A DNA stretch of 64,000 nucleotides, from assembly GCA_964547325.1 (NCBI GenBank), contig CAZJNA010000002.1, positions 6,652 through 70,651 on the forward strand, given 5' to 3'. Shown in pieces: positions 39,685 through 47,952 of the stretch (its first letter is position 1; every line of letters starts with the position of its first letter). Source of the stretch: an uncultured Opitutaceae bacterium. GTDB taxonomy: Bacteria; Verrucomicrobiota; Verrucomicrobiia; Opitutales; Opitutaceae. The position numbers were made by a program, and so were the translations under genes. The notes beneath the pieces are model-generated. The model worked only from the letters and a program-made list of their open reading frames with translations, was not told where the DNA came from and ran no database searches.

Positions 39685-40557
39685 CTAGAAATTGATCGCG
39701 CGGTCGAGGACCAGCGCCCCGAGGGCAAGCGGCAGGTAGCCGATCGACGCGAGAAAGAGCTGGCGGGCCGCGGTGTCACGGCCCTTCGTCCAGAGGAACG
39801 CGACGGCCTGCCAGAGCATCCAGGCGCCCAGGAGCGCGGCCGCCCCGGCATACCAGCGGCTGGCCATGCCGAGTGCGAAGGGAAGCAGGCTGATCAGGAC
39901 GAGGAGAAGGCAGGCGACCAGGGCCCAACGGGCCACCCAAGCGCCGGACTTGTCCCGGACCGGAAGCATTGGAAAGCGCACGGTCGCATAGTCCCGGCGG
40001 TGGGTCCATGCGACCGCCATGAAGTGGGGTATCTGCCAGAAAAAGAGGACGCCGAAGAGGACCCATCCCATCGGGGAAATCCGGTCCCCCGCAGCCGCGT
40101 TTCCGATCAGGGGAGGGAGGGCACCGGCAAGCGCCCCGATTTCTGTGCTCCAGCGGGAGGTGCGCTTTGCCGGCGTGTACCACCCGAGATAGGCGATCAT
40201 CGTGAGCAGGGCGAAGAGGGCGGCGAGCCCGTTGACCTTGGCGAAGATCACCATCAGCGAGGCGACGCACATCAGGGATCCGAGAACGAAGGCCGATCCC
40301 GTGGCCACGCGGCCGGCGGGTATCGGGCGGTCCGCCGTCCGCTTCATCTGCGCATCCGTCTCATGCTCGAGCCACTGGTTGAGCGCGGCCACGCCGCCCG
40401 CCGCGAGCGACGTGCCGAGGAGGATCCAGAGAAGTCCCTCCACTCCCGCCGAGGGCCGCTCGACCAGGTAACCCACGAGCGCCGTGAGCACGGAGAGCAG
40501 GCTCAGCCGCGGCTTCGTCAGCTCGAGGTAATCCGAGAATTTTGCCTGCTCCCCCAT
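39685..40557 (-). CDS. ctaB: Protoheme IX farnesyltransferase (heme O synthase)
   Basis: YLELTKPRLSLLSVLTALVGY, UbiA-family motifs. ATG 40557, 1 nt after the ctaA stop. Confidence 0.9.
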   Translation of the reverse strand: MGEQAKFSDYLELTKPRLSLLSVLTALVGYLVERPSAGVEGLLWILLGTSLAAGGVAALNQWLEHETDAQMKRTADRPIPAGRVATGSAFVLGSLMCVASLMVIFAKVNGLAALFALLTMIAYLGWYTPAKRTSRWSTEIGALAGALPPLIGNAAAGDRISPMGWVLFGVLFFWQIPHFMAVAWTHRRDYATVRFPMLPVRDKSGAWVARWALVACLLLVLISLLPFALGMASRWYAGAAALLGAWMLWQAVAFLWTKGRDTAARQLFLASIGYLPLALGALVLDRAINF

Positions 40558-40558
40558 C

Positions 40559-41539
40559 TTAGGCGCGCACCGTTGCCTCAAATGCGTCTCGGTGGGCGCG
40601 CCAGGTGAGCCAGAACGCGGTTGCCAGGGTGAGCGCGCCGACAATCACGTGGGCGGTCGTTATCCCGGGATCGCGGGCGGTCCTTATGATGGTCGCGCCC
40701 AGAAGGATCTGCAGGGCGAGGAGGCTTACGAGGGCCGATGCGCCGCAGCGCATCCCCAGGGTCGCGCCCCGGTCGCGCCAGATCCCGGCCGCGAACCCCA
40801 CGAGTGCGACCGTGATGATGACCGCCATGGCGCGGTGGGCAAAATGGATCGCAACCCTGAAGTCCCAGGCCGCCGGAAGCAGCGCATGGCCGGGGCCCGA
40901 CCAGGGGAAGGTTGGGATGGCCAGGCCGGCGTTGCTGTGCCGCATGACGGCGGCGATGGCCAGCTGAGCGAAAAGCAGGATGCAGCAGGCCACGCCCATC
41001 CGGCGCAGGCCTGATCGCACGGGGGAGGGATGCTCCATCCAACCCCGCGAGCACGCCGTCGCTATTGCGAAGAGGGCGCAGACGAAGAGTTGGGCCAGGC
41101 AGGCGTGGAGCATGGCGAGAAGCTCGCCGACGCTGGTGTCCATTGGCGCGACCTGGTCGGGATTGAGAAGGACGCGCAGGCCGCCGACCACCGCCTGCAC
41201 GAGGACAAGCCCGAAGGCGAACCAGGCGAGACGGCGGAGCCAGCGGCGCTCCTCGGAGCGCGAGATCCAGACTGCGAGCGCGAGGGTGGCCGCGCTGAGG
41301 ACGCTCACGCTCAGCCGGTGGGAGTGCTCGGCGAACATCGCGACATTGGTCAGCCAGCCGTGCGGATTCAGCGACCCGTTGGATAGCGGCCAATCGGGAA
41401 ACGCCATCCCGGCTCCGATCGTCGTCGTGAACGCGCCCAGGGAGACCGTTACGAAGGACCAGGCGCAGGCGGCGGCCGCGAGGGCGGCAAGGGCCGGCCG
41501 GTGGACGGATGCGCGCGGGGGAGGGGAGGGCGGGAGCAT
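40559..41539 (-). CDS. ctaA: Heme A synthase (COX15/CtaA)
   Basis: AGMAFPDWPLSNG and conserved His pairs in eight helices. Confidence 0.85.
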   Translation of the reverse strand: MLPPSPPPRASVHRPALAALAAAACAWSFVTVSLGAFTTTIGAGMAFPDWPLSNGSLNPHGWLTNVAMFAEHSHRLSVSVLSAATLALAVWISRSEERRWLRRLAWFAFGLVLVQAVVGGLRVLLNPDQVAPMDTSVGELLAMLHACLAQLFVCALFAIATACSRGWMEHPSPVRSGLRRMGVACCILLFAQLAIAAVMRHSNAGLAIPTFPWSGPGHALLPAAWDFRVAIHFAHRAMAVIITVALVGFAAGIWRDRGATLGMRCGASALVSLLALQILLGATIIRTARDPGITTAHVIVGALTLATAFWLTWRAHRDAFEATVRA

Positions 41540-41625
41540 GAGCGGAGCGACCTGCCAGCAGAAGGCCGCGTGCTTCCCACCGCAAACCCTTTGACAATTC
41601 TATCAGCCGGCGGATTTGTGGGAAC

Positions 41626-42519
41626 GTGAAAGCTAATGGCTTCCCACGATTTGCGTCCATCGGCGGGCTCCTCCTTCTGGCTGCCTGCTCCAGGCAGCCG
41701 GAAGCGGGGGCCGCCGGGCCGGTCGCGGAAGAGAAGCGCTATCCCCTGACAGGAGAAGTCCTGTCCGTGGATGCCGCCCGTGGCCGGATCACCGTGAGCC
41801 ACGATGCGGTGCCGGGGTTCATGCCGGCGATGACCATGGAATTCGGGGCCGCGCCGGGCGACGTGGCGATCGTGCATCCCGGGGAACGCATCCGCGCCGA
41901 GCTCGTCGCCGATCTCAAGGCGCCGCGGCTTGAGAAGGTCTGGCCTGACGACCGGGCGGCGGCAGACGCCGTGGCTGCTGGCCAGCGCCGGCTTCGGGAG
42001 GATACCCATGACCGGGGCAACGAGGTCTACCGGGATGTCGGCGAGGCGATGCCGGAGTTCGCGCTGTTCGACCAGGCGGGGCGGCTCGTCCAGAGCGGGC
42101 GCTTCCGCGGCAGGCAGGTGATGCTCAATTTCATCTACACCCGCTGCCCCTTCGCAAACATGTGCCCGGCCTCGACCCAGAAGATGATGAGCGCCCAGAG
42201 GATGGCCCGGGAGGCGGGGGTGAGGAACATCGAATTCGTGTCCATATCGATGGATTCCGCCTACGACACGCCTGGCGTCCTTCGCGCGTACGCCGACGAG
42301 CGCGGAATCGACACGAGCAACTTTTCGTTCCTGACGGGGCCTGACGGCGCCGTTCGCGACCTGCTGACTCAATTCGGGATCAAGGCGGAATTTGAGGGCA
42401 ATCTCCTGCGGCACACCCTGGCGACCCTGCTTATCGACGATCGCGGACGGATCATCTGGAGGGTGGACGGCACCGAATGGCAGCCCCAGGATTTCGTGGC
42501 CCGGATGCGCAAGGGATGA
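41626..42519 (+). CDS. SCO1/SenC copper chaperone with N-terminal CusF-like copper-binding domain, lipoprotein
   Basis: Lipobox LLLAAC. The segment YPLTGEVLSVDAARGRITVSHDAVPGFMPAMTMEF is CusF-like. The thioredoxin-fold CPFANMC motif is Sco-like. GTG start. Confidence 0.8.
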   Translation: MKANGFPRFASIGGLLLLAACSRQPEAGAAGPVAEEKRYPLTGEVLSVDAARGRITVSHDAVPGFMPAMTMEFGAAPGDVAIVHPGERIRAELVADLKAPRLEKVWPDDRAAADAVAAGQRRLREDTHDRGNEVYRDVGEAMPEFALFDQAGRLVQSGRFRGRQVMLNFIYTRCPFANMCPASTQKMMSAQRMAREAGVRNIEFVSISMDSAYDTPGVLRAYADERGIDTSNFSFLTGPDGAVRDLLTQFGIKAEFEGNLLRHTLATLLIDDRGRIIWRVDGTEWQPQDFVARMRKG

Positions 42520-43454
42520 GCGCCTCGGCAATCTCGCGGAGCGCGCGGAGGCAGGTGTGGCTCCTGTCGCTCGGGGCGGCCGCCCTCCTCGCCGTTCTCG
42601 TGTGCTTCCATTCGCGTCCGCGGCTGACGCACATGGACTTTGTCGCCGGAGGGCCGGGCTCGCTCGAGTTTTGCGATCCCGCCGATCCAAAGTTCCTTCC
42701 GGTCGTGGAACGGGCTTCGCCGGTCGCCATGGCCCTGATCGCAGCCGGTGCGCCGATGGCCCGCGCGCGCGTGGATGTGGTGGTGCGGCTGCGGACGAAC
42801 ACCGGCAAGCCGATCGGGCCGGAAGACCTCGCCACGACGACTGCGGATAAGATCAGCCTGTTCGTGGTGGACCCCGATCTGGTGGATTTCCAGGCGGCGG
42901 TTCCCTCGCCGGGCGCCGATCCCGGCCAGTGGTCCTTTTCATTCACTCCACGGCGGACGGGCGCCTACCGCGTATTCGCCGATTTCACCCCAAAGGCGAC
43001 GGGGCGGGAGATGTACGCCTATGCGGATGTGCTCGTGGGAGGCGCTGAGGAGCCCGCGCCGGCCCGGGATGTTCAGCGGACGATGGCGTGGAGCTGCGAG
43101 CGCGATGGGATGCGCTTCCTGCTCGTGCCGTCCACAATGCCGCTGCGGGCCCGCGAGCCGTTGCAGATGGGATTCTCGGCTTCGCGAACGGATGGGTCAT
43201 CCGTGGAGCCCCGGCTGTCCTATGGCACCCGGGCGTGTCTCGTGGCCTTTGATCGGGATCGCACCGGCTTGGCGATCTTGCGTCCGGAACCGGCAGGGGA
43301 AAAAGCGGAAATTGAAAACCCGAAAGCGAAAACTGAAGAGGCGTTGGTCTTCAAGGTGTCGATCCCGGATCCCGGCAGGTACGTGATCTGGAGCAGGGTG
43401 GATGCGGGGGGCGGGGAGGTCTCGGCGCCATTTTGGTTCGATGTGTCGCCCTGA
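42516..43454 (+). CDS. Membrane-anchored exported protein of unknown function, translationally coupled to sco
   Basis: The ATGA overlaps the sco stop. One N-terminal helix (VWLLSLGAAALLAVLVCF) is followed by a beta-rich sequence. No family recognised. Confidence 0.6.
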   Translation: MSASAISRSARRQVWLLSLGAAALLAVLVCFHSRPRLTHMDFVAGGPGSLEFCDPADPKFLPVVERASPVAMALIAAGAPMARARVDVVVRLRTNTGKPIGPEDLATTTADKISLFVVDPDLVDFQAAVPSPGADPGQWSFSFTPRRTGAYRVFADFTPKATGREMYAYADVLVGGAEEPAPARDVQRTMAWSCERDGMRFLLVPSTMPLRAREPLQMGFSASRTDGSSVEPRLSYGTRACLVAFDRDRTGLAILRPEPAGEKAEIENPKAKTEEALVFKVSIPDPGRYVIWSRVDAGGGEVSAPFWFDVSP

Positions 43455-43591
43455 ACGGCCTGCTAGGCATTTCCTGCCGCCGCTTTTCAGCGTCGAATGT
43501 TGGCGTTGGAAAAGTGTATTGTAACTAATTGTATATAAAGTAGTTAAATAACATGGCATGAGCTTTGCTTTTAGTGAAGGCAATCTCACTC

Positions 43592-44116
43592 ATGCCTTCC
43601 AAGACCGCTACCTCCGCCTCCGTCCAGTCCTCAAATCCACGGTTTCTGTGGAACGAGATCGTCCGATGGACCTTTGAGGCCTGCATCCTCCGCAAGGAGG
43701 GGAAGGAGGGAGCGGTCGCCGTTCTGCTTCAGGAACGGCTTCCCGCCCTCATCCGCACCTGGTCGAGCCGCTGCGGCCTGGCGCCCGCGGCCTGCAAGGA
43801 GCAGCTGACCAGCCTTTTTTCCCGGGTCCAGGAGAGCGTGGAACTCGGCTTCATGCAGAGGCGCCTGATCGTCGAGGAAATTTGCGCCCGCTTTGCCCAG
43901 CAGCCTTCCGGTTCGCGCCTTCCGGACGTCTCCGGAGCGGTCGGACTGCGCCGCCGGGTGCCGATCGGCGACGTTTCGGACATGCTCGATGCGCTCGCCG
44001 AGGCGGAATTCGAGACCATGGGCGAGGCCATCCTCCCCGTCCGCCGGGCGACCATGGTTCCGCCCAGCCTTTATGCCGAGGAGCCCGCCGACACCCGGAT
44101 GGCCCTGAGCGCCTAG
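43592..44116 (+). CDS. Hypothetical 174-aa protein with acidic C-terminal tail, upstream partner of the actin-like gene
   Basis: ATG 43592. Predicted helical, with the tail DMLDALAEAEFETMGEAI...YAEEPAD. No family recognised. 42 nt before the actin-like gene. Confidence 0.5.
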   Translation: MPSKTATSASVQSSNPRFLWNEIVRWTFEACILRKEGKEGAVAVLLQERLPALIRTWSSRCGLAPAACKEQLTSLFSRVQESVELGFMQRRLIVEEICARFAQQPSGSRLPDVSGAVGLRRRVPIGDVSDMLDALAEAEFETMGEAILPVRRATMVPPSLYAEEPADTRMALSA

Positions 44117-44158
44117 AAAATTAGAAGCTAGAAACCACAACCCAGTCATAATCCAAAA

Positions 44159-45301
44159 GTGAAAACCGTCCTCAACAAATCCGCCAGCAACGCGGCGACC
44201 ATCACCCGTGATGATGGCCGGTCCGCAGACACCGAGACCCTGCTTGTGGGCCTCGACTGGGGCACGAACACCTCGTGCCTCATGGCCGCTCCCCGCGCCA
44301 GCAACGATTCCCGCGTCTCCATCAAGGAGAAGATTCCGACGGTCGTCGGATATGCGGCCGACACGGTTCTGCAGCGCGTGCTGCCGGGCGACGCCAAGGT
44401 TCTCTTCGGAGCCGAAGCCCTGAAGCACAAGCTCTACCTCAGCATCGTTCGTCCGCTCCACGGCGGCGTGATCAACGACCTCCCCTCGGCCCGTCTCTTC
44501 GCCCAGCATCTGCGCGACCGCCTGAACGCAGGGGACCGCGAAGTCCGCGCCGTTATCGGCATGCCGGCCAGCTCCGACATGTCCGCCCGCGAGAACGCCC
44601 GCAACGCCGTCCAGGGGGTGTTCAGCAAAGTCCTCTTCGTCCCGGAGCCATTCCTCGCCGCCCTCGGATATCGCGACGAGGCCCGGCTGAACGACGACAA
44701 GTACCAGGATCCCGTCGCCAATTCGCTCTACATCGACATCGGAGCCGGATCGACGGACGTCTGCCTCGTCCAGGGCCACTATCCGACGGTCGACGACCAG
44801 CTGAGCGAGCCCTTCGCCGGCGACGCGGTCGACCAGATCATCCTTGACCGCGTCCTCGAGGCCTACCCGGACTGCGGACTCACCGCCGCCCGCATCCGCG
44901 ACATCAAGGAGCAGCACTCCTTCGTCCTGGCCAAGGACAGCGCCACCCCTGCGATCGCGACCGTCATGGTTGGCGGCAAGCAGCGGAAGCTCGACGTCAC
45001 CGACCAGGTCGGCGCCGGCTGCGAGGCCCTTCTTCAGAAGGTCTTCGAGATGACGCGTTCGCTCATCGCCCGCGCCGATGCGGAAAGCGTCTCCGAGCTC
45101 CTTCAAAACATCATCGTCACCGGTGGCGGCAGCCTGATCAAGGGCTTCGGCGTCGCGCTGCAGACCAAGCTTCTGGAGGAAGGCTTCGACAACCCGCGCG
45201 TCCGCGTCCTCGGTGAAAACTACAAGGACTACGTCGCCCGGGGTGCGCTCAAGGCCGCCCGCCAGGCCAAGGATCGCCACTGGCAGAATTTGATCGGCTA
45301 G
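44159..45301 (+). CDS. Actin-like ATPase of the MamK/MreB/ParM superfamily (MamK-like by recalled motifs)
   Basis: Phosphate 1 LVGLDWGTNTS, VIGMPAS, connect/phosphate 2 YIDIGAGSTDVCLV, adenosine motif IIVTGGGSLIKGF. The order and spacing match MamK as I recall it (VVGYP, IRYPLQDGV, VDIGAGTTDIC, KEQFSFV, FAGGGSRIRGL). Confidence 0.75.
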   Translation: MKTVLNKSASNAATITRDDGRSADTETLLVGLDWGTNTSCLMAAPRASNDSRVSIKEKIPTVVGYAADTVLQRVLPGDAKVLFGAEALKHKLYLSIVRPLHGGVINDLPSARLFAQHLRDRLNAGDREVRAVIGMPASSDMSARENARNAVQGVFSKVLFVPEPFLAALGYRDEARLNDDKYQDPVANSLYIDIGAGSTDVCLVQGHYPTVDDQLSEPFAGDAVDQIILDRVLEAYPDCGLTAARIRDIKEQHSFVLAKDSATPAIATVMVGGKQRKLDVTDQVGAGCEALLQKVFEMTRSLIARADAESVSELLQNIIVTGGGSLIKGFGVALQTKLLEEGFDNPRVRVLGENYKDYVARGALKAARQAKDRHWQNLIG

Positions 45302-45330
45302 CCAGCCATTAGCCGAAAGGGTTGGGTTCC

Positions 45331-45372
45331 CCGGTCTGCGGCACGAGTTATGCCGCAGGCCGGTTCCTTTTT
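45331..45372 (+). terminator. Intrinsic terminator after the actin-like gene
   Basis: CCGGTCTGCGGCA / TGCCGCAGGCCGG is a 13-bp stem (one G-U pair) with a 7-nt loop, followed by TTCCTTTTTT. Confidence 0.6.
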
Positions 45373-45378
45373 TATCGA

Positions 45379-46275
45379 TCAGGCGCTCGCGAGCGCGTTG
45401 GCGGAGTTCAGGTGATCGGAGCCCGTGTACTTCTCGGACTGCTCGTCGGCGTGGTAGCTGGAGCGGACGAGCGCGCCGCTCTCGACGACGCCGAACCCGA
45501 GTCCCAGGCCGAATTCCTTCCAGCGGATGAATTCCTCCGGGGTCACCCAGCGGTCCACCGGCAGATGCTTCGCGGTCGGCTGCAGGTACTGCCCGATCGT
45601 GAGGATGTCGATCTTGTCGCCGGCCAGGTCGCGCAAGGTGCGCTCGATCTCATCCTGGCGCTCCCCGAGGCCGAGCATGATGCCGGTCTTTGCTACAAAC
45701 CCCCGGCCCTTGGCGTGGGCGAGGACGCGCCGCGACCGGTCGTAGCGGGCCTGCACCCGGACGGGCTTCTGGAGGCGCTCCACCGTTTCCACGTTGTGGT
45801 TGAAGATGTCGGGCTTGGCCTCGAGGACCGTATCCACGTCCTCGAGTTTCCCCTTGAAGTCGGGCACCAGGACCTCGATCGCCGTCTGGGGATTGCGGTG
45901 GCGGACGGCCCGGATCGTCGCCGCCCACACGCTCGCGCCCCCGTCCGCGAGCTCGTCCCGCGCGACGCTGGTCAGGACGCAATGCCGCAGGCCCATCCGG
46001 GCCACGGCGTCCGCGACGCGCGCCGGCTCCCCGAGGTCGAGCTCGGTCGGCCGGCCCGTCTGCACCGCGCAAAAATTGCACGAGCGCGTGCAGATGTTTC
46101 CCAGGATCATGAGGGTCGCGGTCCCCCGCGACCAGCATTCCCCGAGGTTCGGGCATTGCGCGCTCTGGCAGACCGTGTGGAGCTTGTGCTCGTCCACGAG
46201 CTTGCGCACGGCGGAATAGCCCGGGCCGGCGGGGAGCTTGGCGCGGAGCCAGTCGGGTTTGCGCGCGGTGTGCAT
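45379..46275 (-). CDS. lipA: Lipoyl synthase
   Basis: Radical-SAM CTRSCNFC plus the N-terminal cluster CQSAQCPNLGEC. 298 aa from ATG 46275. The rest of the 1277-aa track ORF is an artefact. Confidence 0.93.
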   Translation of the reverse strand: MHTARKPDWLRAKLPAGPGYSAVRKLVDEHKLHTVCQSAQCPNLGECWSRGTATLMILGNICTRSCNFCAVQTGRPTELDLGEPARVADAVARMGLRHCVLTSVARDELADGGASVWAATIRAVRHRNPQTAIEVLVPDFKGKLEDVDTVLEAKPDIFNHNVETVERLQKPVRVQARYDRSRRVLAHAKGRGFVAKTGIMLGLGERQDEIERTLRDLAGDKIDILTIGQYLQPTAKHLPVDRWVTPEEFIRWKEFGLGLGFGVVESGALVRSSYHADEQSEKYTGSDHLNSANALASA

Positions 46276-46383
46276 GAGCGAGCTGGAAACTAAGCAGCCG
46301 GCACGCGAGGTGACAAGCTTTCGAACCGCCGTCCCAATTTCCGTTTGCTCCGATTCCCGCTCGGGGCCAGCATCCGCGGTTCC

Positions 46384-47859
46384 ATGGCTGAAATCCCCTC
46401 CGAGATAACCCACGACCAGCAGGCTGTGCGCCGGCAAAAGCTGGCCGACATGCGCGCGGCCGGGTCGGACCCGTTCCTGGCGAACTTTGCGCCCACGCAT
46501 TTCTCCGCCGAGGCCCTGAAGGCCTACGTCGAGGGCCAGGACAATGCGGTCGCGGTCGCCGTTGCCGGGCGGCTCGTCGTCATCCGGGACATGGGAAAGA
46601 GCCAGTTCGCGAAGGTCCTGGACCAGGATGGCCAGATCCAGATCTACGTGAAGAAGGACGTGGTCGGCGACGAGGCCTACGCGGCATTCCGCCGCCTCGA
46701 CCTCGGCGACATCATCGGGGTCAGGGGAACCCTTTTCAAGACGAAGAGCGGGGAGGTCACGGTCCGCGCCGAGGGCTTCACCCTCGTCGCCAAGGCGCTG
46801 CGGCCTCTGCCGGAAAAGTGGCACGGGCTCACCGACCCGGAGCAGGTGTACCGCCAGCGCTACCTCGACCTGATCGTCAATCCCGAGTCCCGGGCCCGGC
46901 TCCTCATGCGCTCCCGGATTGTCGCCGGAATCCGCCGTTACCTCGAGGACCGGCGGTTTGTGGAGGTGGAGACCCCCGTCCTGCAGACGGTCGCGGGCGG
47001 AGCGGCCGCGCGGCCTTTCACGACCCACCACAACGCCCTTGGCGCTGATTTCTTCCTTCGCATTTCGCTCGAGCTCTACCTCAAGCGCCTGCTCGTCGGC
47101 GGCTATGACCGCGTCTTCGAGATCGGACGGAATTTCCGGAACGAGGGGATTTCGAGGCGCCACAATCCTGAGTTCACGATGCTCGAGGTCTACCAGGCCT
47201 ACAGCGACTACCGCGGCATGATGGCCCTGGCGAAGGGTATGATCACGGAGCTCTGCGCGGGGGTCCTCGGAACGCTCAAGATCGCGCATCCGGCGAGCGG
47301 CCAGGAAATCGACTTCGGCGGGGAATGGCGCGAGGTCGCCTACAAGGACCTGATCCGGGCCGAGACCGGCGATCCCGACTGGTTCAAGCGGAGCCGGGCC
47401 GAGCACGCCGCGGCCGCGGAAACGCTCGGGATCAAGGGAATTCAGCCCCAGTGGGAGGATTTCGAGATCACGCAGGAGATCTTCTCCAAGCGGATCGAGC
47501 CGGCCCTCATCCAGCCCACGTTCGTCGTCAATCTTCCAAGGGAACTGTGCCCCCTGGCGAAGATCAATCCCGCGGACCCGGACACGCTCGACGTGTTCGA
47601 ACTGTGCATCGGGGGCATGGAGATCGCGCCCGCCTATTCGGAGCAGAACGATCCGGACGCGCAGCGGGCGATGTTCGAGCGGCAGGCCGGCGGCGAAAAG
47701 CAAAGCATAGACCAGGATTTCCTGGTCGCACTCGAGCACGGAATGCCCCCCGCCGGAGGAATGGGCGTCGGCATCGACCGGCTCTGCATCCTCCTGACCG
47801 GGGCCGAGAGCATCCGCGACGTCATCCTCTTCCCGCTCTTGCGCCCCGACGGGGCCTAG
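46384..47859 (+). CDS. lysS: Lysine--tRNA ligase (class II)
   Basis: OB-fold N-domain, class II motifs FRNEG, GGMEIAPAYSE and GMGVGIDRL. Confidence 0.95.
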   Translation: MAEIPSEITHDQQAVRRQKLADMRAAGSDPFLANFAPTHFSAEALKAYVEGQDNAVAVAVAGRLVVIRDMGKSQFAKVLDQDGQIQIYVKKDVVGDEAYAAFRRLDLGDIIGVRGTLFKTKSGEVTVRAEGFTLVAKALRPLPEKWHGLTDPEQVYRQRYLDLIVNPESRARLLMRSRIVAGIRRYLEDRRFVEVETPVLQTVAGGAAARPFTTHHNALGADFFLRISLELYLKRLLVGGYDRVFEIGRNFRNEGISRRHNPEFTMLEVYQAYSDYRGMMALAKGMITELCAGVLGTLKIAHPASGQEIDFGGEWREVAYKDLIRAETGDPDWFKRSRAEHAAAAETLGIKGIQPQWEDFEITQEIFSKRIEPALIQPTFVVNLPRELCPLAKINPADPDTLDVFELCIGGMEIAPAYSEQNDPDAQRAMFERQAGGEKQSIDQDFLVALEHGMPPAGGMGVGIDRLCILLTGAESIRDVILFPLLRPDGA

Positions 47860-47876
47860 ACGCCGCCCCACCGTGG

Positions 47877-47945
47877 TTTCCGCTTTCCGCTTTCCGCTTT
47901 TCGCCTTGGGTCCCCCGCTTTCCGCTTTCCGCTTTCCGCTTTTTC
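47877..47945 (+). repeat. TTTCCGC heptamer repeat cluster C (two runs of three units) upstream of lolC/E
   Basis: GTTTCCGCTTTCCGCTTTCCGCTTTTCG (47877-47904) and CCGCTTTCCGCTTTCCGCTTTCCGCTTTTT (47916-47945). The downstream ATG is at 47953. Confidence 0.9.
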
Positions 47946-47952
47946 CTCCCCC

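Noticed and set aside
41572-41623. Inverted repeat TTCCCAC ... GTGGGAA with a TTGACA hexamer in the ctaA/sco divergent promoter region
   Set aside because: Each arm is only 7 bp, about 38 nt apart, and no convincing -10 element lies at the correct spacing. It is too weak to call an operator or promoter from sequence alone.
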